Shown here: positions 10,206-19,423 of the stretch, in pieces
Layout of the letters: every line of letters begins with the position of its first letter
Position numbering within the stretch: position 1 is the first letter of the stretch
Assembly: GCA_046296495.1 (NCBI GenBank)
Contig: JBKBLB010000002.1
Span: forward strand, 106,955 to 170,954
Direction of reading: 5' to 3'
DNA from: Bacteroidia bacterium
GTDB taxonomy: Bacteria > Bacteroidota > Bacteroidia > UKL13-3
DNA: 64,000 nucleotides
Made by a program: the position numbers and the translations under genes
The notes under the pieces: generated by a model
The model's database searches: none
What the model was told of the DNA's origin: nothing
What the model saw: the letters and a program-made list of their open reading frames with translations, nothing else

Positions 10206-11459
10206 TTATTTTATGTTGAATGCTTTTTTAACTTTATCAACATAATCAAGTTTTTCCCAAGTAAATAACTCTACGGTAAATTTCTTATCTTTACCATCAG
10301 GCCCTTTAAACACTTTGGTTACAACTTCATTTTTGCGTCCCATGTGTCCGTATGCGGCTGTTTCGCTGTACATTGGTGTTCTAAGTTTAAGGCGGGTTTC
10401 AATTCCGTATGGAGTCATATCAAATATTTTTGAAACAACATTTGCAATTTCACCGTCTGTCATTTTAACTTTTGATGTACCGTAAGTATTCACATAAATA
10501 CCCATTGGGTCTTTTACACCAATGGCATAACTCACTTGTACTAATACTTCATCGCAAACACCGGCAGCAACAAGGTTTTTGGCAATATGTCTGGTTGCAT
10601 AGGCAGCCGAACGGTCAACCTTGCTGGGGTCTTTTCCGCTAAATGCGCCACCACCGTGGGCTCCTTTGCCGCCATATGTGTCAACAATAATTTTACGTCC
10701 GGTTAATCCTGTATCGCCATGAGGGCCACCAATTACGAACTTGCCGGTAGGGTTTATGTGATATTTAATTTTATCGTTGAATAAATGAGAGTATTTTTTG
10801 TATTTCTTTTTAACACGAGGAATCAGAATTTCTACAATGTCTGATTTTATTTTAGCTTGCATTTTAGCTTCTGTATCAAAATCATCATGTTGTGTAGAAA
10901 CTACAATTGTATCAATTCTAACGGGTTTGTTATTGTCGTCATACTCTAATGTTACCTGGCTTTTAGCATCAGGCCTTAGGTACTTAATTTGTTTATTTTC
11001 TCTGCGTAATGCAGCAAGTTCTATTAAAATACCGTGAGCCAAATCAAGTGCCAGAGGCATGTAGTTTTCGGTTTCGTTTGTGGCGTAACCAAACATCATA
11101 CCTTGGTCTCCTGCACCCTGGTCTTGTTTTTTCTTACGGTCAACACCTTGGTTAATGTCTGCACTTTGTTCGTGTATAGCACTTAAAATTCCGCAGCTAT
11201 TGGCTTCAAACATATATTCGCTTTTGGTGTAACCAATTTTGCGTATAACGCCACGGGTAATTTCCTGCACATCTAAATAAGCTTTAGATTTAACTTCACC
11301 GGCAAGCACTACCTGGCCGGTTGTTACCAATGTTTCGCAGGCAACTTTCGAATCCGGGTCGAAAGCCAAAAAATTATCAATTAATGCATCCGATATTTGA
11401 TCGGCTACTTTGTCAGGGTGTCCTTCACTTACTGACTCTGATGTGAATAAATAAGCCAT
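10206..11459 (-). CDS. metK: S-adenosylmethionine synthetase.
   Basis: [19 protein letters not shown] at the N-terminus and [19 protein letters not shown]. The 417-aa length fits the long Bacteroidota form. Confidence 0.95.
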   Translation of the reverse strand: MAYLFTSESVSEGHPDKVADQISDALIDNFLAFDPDSKVACETLVTTGQVVLAGEVKSKAYLDVQEITRGVIRKIGYTKSEYMFEANSCGILSAIHEQSADINQGVDRKKKQDQGAGDQGMMFGYATNETENYMPLALDLAHGILIELAALRRENKQIKYLRPDAKSQVTLEYDDNNKPVRIDTIVVSTQHDDFDTEAKMQAKIKSDIVEILIPRVKKKYKKYSHLFNDKIKYHINPTGKFVIGGPHGDTGLTGRKIIVDTYGGKGAHGGGAFSGKDPSKVDRSAAYATRHIAKNLVAAGVCDEVLVQVSYAIGVKDPMGIYVNTYGTSKVKMTDGEIANVVSKIFDMTPYGIETRLKLRTPMYSETAAYGHMGRKNEVVTKVFKGPDGKDKKFTVELFTWEKLDYVDKVKKAFNIK

Positions 11460-11723
11460 ATTTCTTTTTGTATATTTTAAATGTTTGTGTTCGAAAGTTA
11501 ATGCAAATAATTCCTGAAACCGATTTTACAATGTTTTGCTTGCGCCTTTGCAGATGGTATCATCCGAACATTTTTTGGCTGCAAGCCCGCATTGTTTTAC
11601 CACCGTAGTTGTTCGCTAACTCGGTTGGCCCCCCGATTGTAGGATTCTAAATGCGTTGCAAAACTAAAATATTAATGATAAAAACAAAATGTACTTTATT
11701 TTAGAAAATTAGATGTGGATAAG

Positions 11724-12191
11724 CTAAGGTAATTGAGGACGATAAACATATATTTTACCGCTAACAAGCCATTTAAAATCTATATTGTTTATTTGAACCA
11801 ATTTCACTCCATTGTTATTTTGTTCGGCTATTTGAACCAGTGTTTTATCTTTTACTTTATAAATAATGGCTGTATGAACCAGTTTACTCCAGCGAATTAT
11901 TTCGGAATCGGTTTTGTGTTCAAACTTAGCCTGCTCAAATTGTACAATATCTCCCGGCAACATTGGTTCTTTTAAATAGTTTAATGGTTTGCCAAATGTG
12001 GTGGGAAAAGTCCATTTAGCGCCAGCATGCTGTAAAGCTTTATTTGCCAAATCCCAACATTCGCCTCTGTCAACTTTTTTGCCAATATTGGCTTCAACAA
12101 ATTCAATTACTTTGGCATTTGTAATGGGTAATTCACTTTTTTTGTGTTCAACCCAAAAAAGCGATAAAATTAATACACTAAATTGTTTCAT
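11724..12191 (-). CDS. Secreted CHAP-like (NlpC/P60-type) cysteine peptidase domain protein.
   Basis: Signal peptide, then GECWDLANKAL (putative catalytic Cys), PGDIVQF and HTAII (His): a CHAP-like arrangement. Motif-level call only. Confidence 0.45.
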   Translation of the reverse strand: MKQFSVLILSLFWVEHKKSELPITNAKVIEFVEANIGKKVDRGECWDLANKALQHAGAKWTFPTTFGKPLNYLKEPMLPGDIVQFEQAKFEHKTDSEIIRWSKLVHTAIIYKVKDKTLVQIAEQNNNGVKLVQINNIDFKWLVSGKIYVYRPQLP

Positions 12192-12197
12192 GTATTG

Positions 12198-13325
12198 TTA
12201 TAAACGTTGGGTTATAATTGGTAGTATCTCTTTTTTCCAACTAAAGAAAGTGTTTTGTAAAATATGAATTCTGGCTTCTTTTACAAGCCAAATGTAAAAA
12301 CTTAAATTTTGAATGCTTGCTATTTGGGCGCCCAAAATCTCGTTGCATTTTATTAAGTGCTTTAGGTATGCTTTGCTGTATTCGGGTGTAAATATTTCAT
12401 CAAGTGGCGAAAAATCGTTTTTCCATTTTTCGTTTTTTATATTTATTACACCTTTGGTAGTAAAAATAAAACCATGACGTGCATTGCGTGTAGGCATTAC
12501 GCAATCAAACATATCTACGCCAAGCGCAATACATTCGAGTATATTTTCGGGAGTGCCTACACCCATTAAATAACGTGGTTTGTTTGCAGGCAAAACATTA
12601 CAAACCAACTCTGTTATTTCGTACATTTGTTCATGAGGCTCGCCAACACTAAGACCGCCAATTGCATTGCCAACCGCATTTTGCGAAGCAATAAACTCAG
12701 CACTTTGCAAACGCAAATCTTTAAATACACTGCCTTGTACTATTGGAAACAATGCTTGTTCGTAACCATATAATGGCTCGGTTAGGTTAAACCTATTAAT
12801 GCAACGTAATAGCCAACGATGTGTTAACTCCATGCTTTGTTTTGCATACTTGTAATCGCAAGGGTAGGGTGGGCATTCATCAAATGCCATGAAGATATCA
12901 GCACCAATTTTACGCTGAACATCGGTTGCAAACTCGGGTGTAAAAAAAAGCTTTTGTCCATCAATATGGCTTTTAAATACTACACCTTCTTCTTTTATTT
13001 TTCTAATATCGCTTAAACTAAAAACCTGAAAACCTCCGCTATCGGTAAGCATAGGTTTTGGCCAGTTTATAAAACTATGAATACCTCCGGCTTTTTGCAA
13101 AACATCAAGGCCTGGCCTTAAAAAAATATGGTATGTATTTGCAAGTATTATTTGAGCTTTTACCCTTTCGCTTAGTTGCTGTTGGTTTACACCCTTTACA
13201 CTTGCTTGTGTGCCTACCGGCATAAAAATGGGTGTTTCTATTTCGCCATGCGGAGTTTTTAATATTCCGGCTCTGGCTTTAGTTTGGCTATCGGTTTTTA
13301 GAAGGCTAAACGAAAAACTACTCAA
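12198..13325 (-). CDS. tgt: Queuine tRNA-ribosyltransferase (tRNA-guanine transglycosylase).
   Basis: ARAGILKTPHGEIETPIFMPVGTQASVKG and a zinc-binding C-terminus. Confidence 0.9.
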   Translation of the reverse strand: MSSFSFSLLKTDSQTKARAGILKTPHGEIETPIFMPVGTQASVKGVNQQQLSERVKAQIILANTYHIFLRPGLDVLQKAGGIHSFINWPKPMLTDSGGFQVFSLSDIRKIKEEGVVFKSHIDGQKLFFTPEFATDVQRKIGADIFMAFDECPPYPCDYKYAKQSMELTHRWLLRCINRFNLTEPLYGYEQALFPIVQGSVFKDLRLQSAEFIASQNAVGNAIGGLSVGEPHEQMYEITELVCNVLPANKPRYLMGVGTPENILECIALGVDMFDCVMPTRNARHGFIFTTKGVINIKNEKWKNDFSPLDEIFTPEYSKAYLKHLIKCNEILGAQIASIQNLSFYIWLVKEARIHILQNTFFSWKKEILPIITQRL

Positions 13326-14013
13326 AGTGAAGAGATATTTGAACCAATTGTGGTATCATTCTGTCAATGGCATTGGTAAAAATAAACCCATCTCGGTACA
13401 TGGCATTATTAACGGTTGAACACAGTTTAATTTCGGGAGAAAATTTAAAATACTCGAAGTATATGTCTAAACCGGCACCAGCTTCCCAACCATATGTAAT
13501 GGGTACAAGGCTAACAACGGGATTTTGCAATCCTCGTTGTTTGTTTATGGTACTTGCAAAATCGTAACTTAAACGCCCGCCACCAATAACATAAACACGG
13601 GTGTTTTTTCTTCGCTGACTTTTGTATTTTAGCAATAAACTACCATCGCAATAGGCGCTTTCAACTTTTACTACTTTTTTAACGTTTTCAAATTCATATT
13701 CCAAATTGCGTTGAACAAAAGAAATTACCGGAGCCATAAGCCTTAAATCAAAATATTCGCCAAGCCTAAAGTTTGTAATGGCGCCCAAACCTAAGCCCGG
13801 AAAATTTATTGCTGATACATTTTTAAGGGTATCTGCCGCAAAAAAATCGGGTTTGTGATGGATTAAAAGCCTGCCGCTGTTTGCTGCGAGCGTAAATCCA
13901 AAGTGAACTTTTTTATTGTCGTACTGCTCTAAGTTTGGTTGAGCAAAAAGTGCCAGGGTATTACCCAACAGATAAAATAAAACTGCTATTTGTTTGCTAC
14001 GTAAAGTGTACAC
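13318..14013 (-). CDS. Outer-membrane beta-barrel protein (porin-like).
   Basis: Signal peptide ending in ALFAQ, alternating amphipathic beta-strands and a C-terminal aromatic residue (F). Confidence 0.5.
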   Translation of the reverse strand: MYTLRSKQIAVLFYLLGNTLALFAQPNLEQYDNKKVHFGFTLAANSGRLLIHHKPDFFAADTLKNVSAINFPGLGLGAITNFRLGEYFDLRLMAPVISFVQRNLEYEFENVKKVVKVESAYCDGSLLLKYKSQRRKNTRVYVIGGGRLSYDFASTINKQRGLQNPVVSLVPITYGWEAGAGLDIYFEYFKFSPEIKLCSTVNNAMYRDGFIFTNAIDRMIPQLVQISLHFE

Positions 14014-14708
14014 GTGCCAAAGGTAAGAGGTTTTATGATAATTTTTTCGAAATTACATTGATTTAATATTTCGCCAAAGGCTTTTCCTTCGGGAAAATGC
14101 TTTACAGATTGCGGCAAATACGTGTATGCATTGCCGCTTTTGCTAAGCAAGTTGCCCCAAAAAGGTAAAATATTTTTAAAGTAAAAATTGTACAATTGCT
14201 TGTATGGAAATACTTGAGGGTTACTAAATTCTAAAATCACAACTCTTCCATTCGGCTTTAAAACACGATAAATTTCTTTTAGTCCTGTTTCAAGATTTTC
14301 AAAGTTTCTTACTCCAAATGCTACCGTTACTGCATCAAATGAGTTTTCATTAAATGGTAAATTTTCGCTATCACCTTTTGTAAGCGTAATGATATTGCTT
14401 AACCCAAGTTTTTTAATTTTTTCTGAGCCTACATCAAGCATTTGTTGAGCAATATCAATGCCTATTATTTTTTCGGGATTTAGTTTTGAAGCTTCAATGG
14501 CAAGGTCGGCAGTTCCTGTAGCTACATCTAATATATGTTTAGGCTTCATGGGTTCAAGATATCTAATAGCTTTTTTTCTCCAGCCTTTATCAATTCCAAG
14601 ACTTAAAAATCTGTTTAAAAAATCGTATTTATCTGCAATGCTGTTAAACATTGCTTCAACTTGCTGTTTTTTACTGTCGGGCGATTGAGGATTGGGTTTT
14701 ACTTGCAT
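13986..14708 (-). CDS. ubiE: Demethylmenaquinone / ubiquinone methyltransferase.
   Basis: VEAMFNSIADKYDFLNR...VLDVATGTADL UbiE/MenG signature. Confidence 0.85.
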   Translation of the reverse strand: MQVKPNPQSPDSKKQQVEAMFNSIADKYDFLNRFLSLGIDKGWRKKAIRYLEPMKPKHILDVATGTADLAIEASKLNPEKIIGIDIAQQMLDVGSEKIKKLGLSNIITLTKGDSENLPFNENSFDAVTVAFGVRNFENLETGLKEIYRVLKPNGRVVILEFSNPQVFPYKQLYNFYFKNILPFWGNLLSKSGNAYTYLPQSVKHFPEGKAFGEILNQCNFEKIIIKPLTFGTCTLYVANK

Positions 14709-14851
14709 TAAAAAAGTTTTCGAATATAGGTTATTGAATTAAAACCGAGTTTAACTGATAGTGTTTTAAGCGAAAGTTATTTACTAAAGTGTTACTAAAA
14801 CCTATTAAAACCAAATCATGAATGAGAAAAAATAATTTATACTATAATAAG

Positions 14852-16003
14852 TTACCTCTTGGGCTTAAATCTGCAAAGCAAACCCGGACTTTCTGTGCTA
14901 AAATACAAATAACCATCCGGCCCTTGTTTAACGCACCTAAACCTGCCAAAATTTTGTAGCATTCTGGTTTCTTTTGATACTTTTTCGCCATTTAACTCAA
15001 TCATATTTAAATGTCTTCCTGCAAGTGCTCCAATAAATAAGTTGCCTTTCCACTGCGGTATTGTATCCGAAAAATAAAAATCCATACCGCATGGTGCAAT
15101 TGATGGTTTCCAATAATAAATAGGTTGTAATGTTGCTTCGTATGCTGTATCGTTAGTTATTATGGTGCCATCGTAATTTATGCCAAATGTTGCTAATGGC
15201 CATCCATAATTTGCACCTGGTTCAAGCAGGTTTATTTCATCACCACCCATAGGGCCATGTTCGTGCAACCAAATTTTTTGAGTAGTTGGGTGAATAACCA
15301 TACCCTGAGGGTTTCTGTGGCCGTATGTGTAAATATCTTTTAATGCACCTGCTGTATTGAAGTATGGGTTATCTTCTGGTATTGTGCCGTCATCATTAAG
15401 TCTTACCACTTTCCCTGCATGGCTTAATAAACTTTGAGATAGGGTAGTGGCATTTCTTTCGCCAAGGCATAAATATACTTTGTTTAGCTTATCAAAAACT
15501 ATACGGCTGCCAAAGTGTACACCCGAAGTAACATGCTGGTTGCTTTGAAATATTTTTTGAACCGATTCTAAATTGTTATTATTTAATTTGGCTCTGAATA
15601 ATGCTGTACTAAAGCCCGTGGGCGCATCAACTGTTGCCGAAAAGTAAATCCAGCCGTTTAATTTATAATTGGGGTGTAGTTTTATATCCATTAAGCCGCC
15701 TTGCCCGCTTGCTCTAACAATAGGTAAGCCTGTTAATGGTGTCCTTGATGTGCCATTTACAAGAAGTATTGAACCGCTTTTTTCAGCGATTAAAATTCTC
15801 CTATCGGGTAAAAATTCAATGCCCCACGGTTGGTTCAAACCTGTTAACAAGGTATCTAATTCAATCTCAACTGGCGGCAACTTAATTTCTTTCTTTTCGG
15901 GCTCAAATTGCTCCGTTATATTTCTTTTACAATTTAATGATAGAAACACTAATGCGATAATGATGTAAAAAGAATTTTTCATAACCATTAATAACATTTG
16001 CAT
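14852..16003 (-). CDS. PQQ-dependent sugar dehydrogenase (soluble glucose/sorbosone dehydrogenase family).
   Basis: GLNQPWGIEFLPDRRILIAEKSG beta-propeller signature with a signal peptide. Confidence 0.8.
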   Translation of the reverse strand: MQMLLMVMKNSFYIIIALVFLSLNCKRNITEQFEPEKKEIKLPPVEIELDTLLTGLNQPWGIEFLPDRRILIAEKSGSILLVNGTSRTPLTGLPIVRASGQGGLMDIKLHPNYKLNGWIYFSATVDAPTGFSTALFRAKLNNNNLESVQKIFQSNQHVTSGVHFGSRIVFDKLNKVYLCLGERNATTLSQSLLSHAGKVVRLNDDGTIPEDNPYFNTAGALKDIYTYGHRNPQGMVIHPTTQKIWLHEHGPMGGDEINLLEPGANYGWPLATFGINYDGTIITNDTAYEATLQPIYYWKPSIAPCGMDFYFSDTIPQWKGNLFIGALAGRHLNMIELNGEKVSKETRMLQNFGRFRCVKQGPDGYLYFSTESPGLLCRFKPKR

Positions 16004-16015
16004 TATCCGTTAGTT

Positions 16016-16516
16016 TTATAATACAAGTTTTCTAATACGCTTAAGCGGACCACTGCAATAACTTTGATGACAGTTTATACAAGCACCAATCATAGCGTTG
16101 TAGGCCTCTTTTTGGTTTGAGTGTTGGTTCATCAAATTTCTGTAAGCTTTTTCGTAAATTGATGCATTATTAAAAAACAATGGCTCTAAAACCGATGGGT
16201 CTGTTGGTTCAGACAAATAGAATCTGATTAATTGATACTTTAGCGAATCAATTTTTTCACCTCTTGTCAAAGCACTTTTAATTGAATCGGCTTGTGCAGC
16301 CATGGCTCTCATATTTAAAGCCATCGGCTTGGTGTTATTCGGATCCATTATGGTTTGTGTATTTGAGCATGAAGAATTAGAATCGCTAATTTTCTTATTT
16401 GTTACTTTTGCTTGCTCTTTAAAGCCATTATTATTTGTACACGAGAACCAAATAACAAAAAAAATTGCAAGGGAAAAAACCCTTGCAATTAATGTTTTAG
16501 TTGATATATTGTTCAT
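16016..16516 (-). CDS. Lipoprotein with a C-terminal CXXCH heme-binding motif (class II cytochrome c'-like).
   Basis: Signal peptide with a lipobox-like Cys (FSC). CINCH lies about 20 residues from the C-terminus, the position expected for a four-helix cytochrome c'. Confidence 0.45.
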   Translation of the reverse strand: MNNISTKTLIARVFSLAIFFVIWFSCTNNNGFKEQAKVTNKKISDSNSSCSNTQTIMDPNNTKPMALNMRAMAAQADSIKSALTRGEKIDSLKYQLIRFYLSEPTDPSVLEPLFFNNASIYEKAYRNLMNQHSNQKEAYNAMIGACINCHQSYCSGPLKRIRKLVL

Positions 16517-17020
16517 TTATTTTAAAATAACTCCACTTGCTTCAAAAACTAATTCTTTCTCAGGTTCAGTTATCGCATCTATCTCTTCTTTGGTTTTTCC
16601 GGCATCTTTAGCATACTCTTTTAAATCTTCAATGCTTGTTTCTTCAATTTTTGCAATTCCTTCAACAATGGCCAATCTTCCGGCAGCATCAAGCGGCATA
16701 AAAAAGCCATAATCTTTAAAAGTTACTCTTATCGAATTTCCTTCGCCATCAGTTAAATTCATCCAACAACCTTTTTTCTGGCAAACCTCATCAACTTTGG
16801 CAAGCAGTTTTACATTCATTTCCGTTTTACCTTCCATTTCTTTTTTAAGTTGAGCCAACGACATTGTGTTTTCGTGGTTGATTTTTTCTCCAAAATATTC
16901 CATGCCCACAGTATCCATACCGGCTGCTTCTACTTTTGATTTTTTGTTTTGGTTGTTTTCGTTGCTGCCACACGATGCAAAAATGGCAATTACATAAAGC
17001 GATGCTAAGATTTTTTTCAT
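16517..17020 (-). CDS. DUF4920-like lipoprotein.
   Basis: Lipoprotein signal (IFASCGS) and a conserved CQKKGCWM motif. The start is placed at the internal Met. Confidence 0.45.
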   Translation of the reverse strand: MKKILASLYVIAIFASCGSNENNQNKKSKVEAAGMDTVGMEYFGEKINHENTMSLAQLKKEMEGKTEMNVKLLAKVDEVCQKKGCWMNLTDGEGNSIRVTFKDYGFFMPLDAAGRLAIVEGIAKIEETSIEDLKEYAKDAGKTKEEIDAITEPEKELVFEASGVILK

Positions 17021-17099
17021 ATTAATAAATTTTTCCAAAAATAAAAATTGTTAGTGGAATATTAAAATTTTAGATAAAACTGAATGATAATTTTGTTAT

Positions 17100-18476
17100 T
17101 TACTTACCTATACAAAAGCGACTAAAAATGTTACCCAAAAGCTCATCGTTAGATATGTTGCCGAGAATTTCCGATAGTGCATCAATGGCCAATCTTAAAT
17201 CAAACGCCAGTAATTCTCCCGATATTTTTGCATCAATTCCGCTAAGCACATTTGCAAGAGCGATTTGTGCTTTTTGCAAAGCTTCAACATGGCGAACATT
17301 TGTTACTATCAATTCGTCTCCGCCTTTTTGTTTATGAGCAATCAGGCTTAATTTTTTTAATAAAACATCAATATTTATTTTTTCTAACGATGATAAAAAA
17401 ACAATTTCATTAAACAGTTCAAAGTTTTTGAGTTTTTCAGCATCGCACAAATCTATTTTATTGGCAATTGGAATTATTTCTGCATCATGCAGTTCAATTT
17501 CGCTTAGCTCTTGTTTTAAGTTTTGTGGCGTAGTAATGCTTGCATCAAACAAATAAAGCACAATGCTGGCTTTACTTATTTTTTCCCAGGTTTTTTCAAT
17601 GCCTATGGTTTCAATTATATCAGCGCTTTTTCTTATACCGGCTGTATCGGTAAGCCTAAAAGTATAACCATCAATTATAAGTGTTTCTTCAATTACATCT
17701 CTGGTTGTGCCTGCAATATTGCTTACTATGGCTCTGTCTTCATTCAGTAATGCATTAAGCAATGTACTTTTTCCTGCATTGGGTTTTCCGGCAATAACGG
17801 TTGGAATACCTTGTTTTATAACATTGCCAAATTTAAATGATTGAATAAGTGCCTCAATAAACTGTTTTATAGCATAAACCTGAGTGTGTAGCTCATTTCT
17901 ACTAGCAAATTCAACGTCTTCTTCGCTAAAATCAAGTTCAAGTTCTATAAGCGAAGCAAAGTCGAGCAGTTTCTGCCTAAGCTTTTTTAGTTCTTGGCTA
18001 TAACCACCGCGCATTTGCTGCATAGCTGTTTTGTGTGTATTGCTGCTATTACTGGCAATTAAATCGGCTACTGCTTCGGCCTGGCTTAAATCCATTTTTT
18101 TATTTAAAAAAGCTCTTAAGGTAAATTCTCCAGGCTGAGCCAATCGAGCACCTTTATTTGTTAGCAACTCAAGAATGCGCTGTTGAATATACATTGAACC
18201 ATGACAGCTTATTTCAACCGTATTTTCTCCGGTGTAACTTTTTGGTTCAATAAAAACAGTTGCTAAAACTTCATCTACAATTTCATTACCATCTACAATA
18301 TAACCAAAGTGAGCGGTGTGGCTTTTAGCTTTTAAAAGGTTTTTTCCTTTAAAAGCACTGTTTACAATTTCAATCGCATTTTTACCACTTATTCTAATCA
18401 CTGCAATCGCTCCTGTTCCCGTTGGTGTAGCCGGTGCGCAAATGGTTTCATCTAAATTGCTTTTTGTATAATACAT
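17100..18476 (-). CDS. mnmE: tRNA modification GTPase MnmE.
   Basis: N-terminal ICAPATPTGTGAIAVIRISG, G-domain GKPNAGKSTL and the C-terminal CIGK tetrapeptide. Confidence 0.95.
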   Translation of the reverse strand: MYYTKSNLDETICAPATPTGTGAIAVIRISGKNAIEIVNSAFKGKNLLKAKSHTAHFGYIVDGNEIVDEVLATVFIEPKSYTGENTVEISCHGSMYIQQRILELLTNKGARLAQPGEFTLRAFLNKKMDLSQAEAVADLIASNSSNTHKTAMQQMRGGYSQELKKLRQKLLDFASLIELELDFSEEDVEFASRNELHTQVYAIKQFIEALIQSFKFGNVIKQGIPTVIAGKPNAGKSTLLNALLNEDRAIVSNIAGTTRDVIEETLIIDGYTFRLTDTAGIRKSADIIETIGIEKTWEKISKASIVLYLFDASITTPQNLKQELSEIELHDAEIIPIANKIDLCDAEKLKNFELFNEIVFLSSLEKINIDVLLKKLSLIAHKQKGGDELIVTNVRHVEALQKAQIALANVLSGIDAKISGELLAFDLRLAIDALSEILGNISNDELLGNIFSRFCIGK

Positions 18477-19340
18477 TTATCTGGCGTATTCGTTTATCAA
18501 CTCCAAAGTTTTGGTTAAATATGGTCTTCCGAATAAATTTAAATGAACCAAGTAATAATAAATCAAACAAAATCCGATTCGTTTTTTCCAGTTTGGTTCA
18601 AGCGGATAAATATTATGATACTCGCTGTAAAAAGCTTCATCAAAACTTCCTATAAAAAGCGTCATGGCTATATCCATTTCTCGGTGTCCGTAGTAAATAG
18701 AGGGGTCAACAAGAACCGGCTCACCTTTATCATCTGCAATTATGTTGCCACTCCAAAGGTCTCCATGTAACAAACAGGGATTTTCTGTTGGCATTTCATT
18801 TTTCGCAAAATTTTCAAGCCCAGACAGCTTGTCAAAAATATCTGATTTAAGCAATCCCTCTTTTACACACAAAGCCATCATGGGTTCAAGGCGTTTGTAT
18901 ATATAAAAATCTGCCCAATTACTTTCTTGTATATTAATTTGCTTTAAAGAGCCAATGTAATTGTTGTATTCCATGCCAAATTTATTTGCATGTTGCATAT
19001 GCATTTGCGCTAGCTTTCTGCCTAATAGTTCATAAAATTCAGGTTTTTTAATCGAACTGTCAATATACTCCATTAGCAGGCAACTATTGTTGTTTATTTC
19101 GGTTGAACCTATTGGTTTAGGTATTTTAAAAGAACTATAAGCAGCAAGCGTTTCTAAACCTTTCATTTCAAGTTCAAACATTTTAGGAAATAATTTTGCG
19201 TTGTTTGATTTTAAGAAATAACTTGTTTTATCTGTAACAACTTTATATGTATGATTTATATAGCCACCGCCAATGTGATAAACAGCATAAACATGTTCGT
19301 TTGAACCAAGAATTTTTGAAACGGCTTTTTCTATTTCCAT
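18477..19340 (-). CDS. Fructosamine/ketosamine-3-kinase family protein.
   Basis: LLHGDLWSGN catalytic loop and overall FN3K-family layout. Confidence 0.75.
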   Translation of the reverse strand: MEIEKAVSKILGSNEHVYAVYHIGGGYINHTYKVVTDKTSYFLKSNNAKLFPKMFELEMKGLETLAAYSSFKIPKPIGSTEINNNSCLLMEYIDSSIKKPEFYELLGRKLAQMHMQHANKFGMEYNNYIGSLKQINIQESNWADFYIYKRLEPMMALCVKEGLLKSDIFDKLSGLENFAKNEMPTENPCLLHGDLWSGNIIADDKGEPVLVDPSIYYGHREMDIAMTLFIGSFDEAFYSEYHNIYPLEPNWKKRIGFCLIYYYLVHLNLFGRPYLTKTLELINEYAR

Positions 19341-19423
19341 TATTTTTTAATTAACCAAATATCAACAACGTTTGATATGTACACAAAAATATTCACTTTT
19401 ACAACCAGTAAAAAACATAAGTT

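Noticed and set aside
11555-11660. Possibility that the GC-rich metK-leader segment is a housekeeping ncRNA gene such as SRP RNA, 6S RNA or RNase P RNA.
   Set aside because: No conserved SRP domain IV (GGAAGCAGCC-type) or RNase P P4 motifs are visible. Its position directly 5' of metK makes a cis-regulatory leader more parsimonious.
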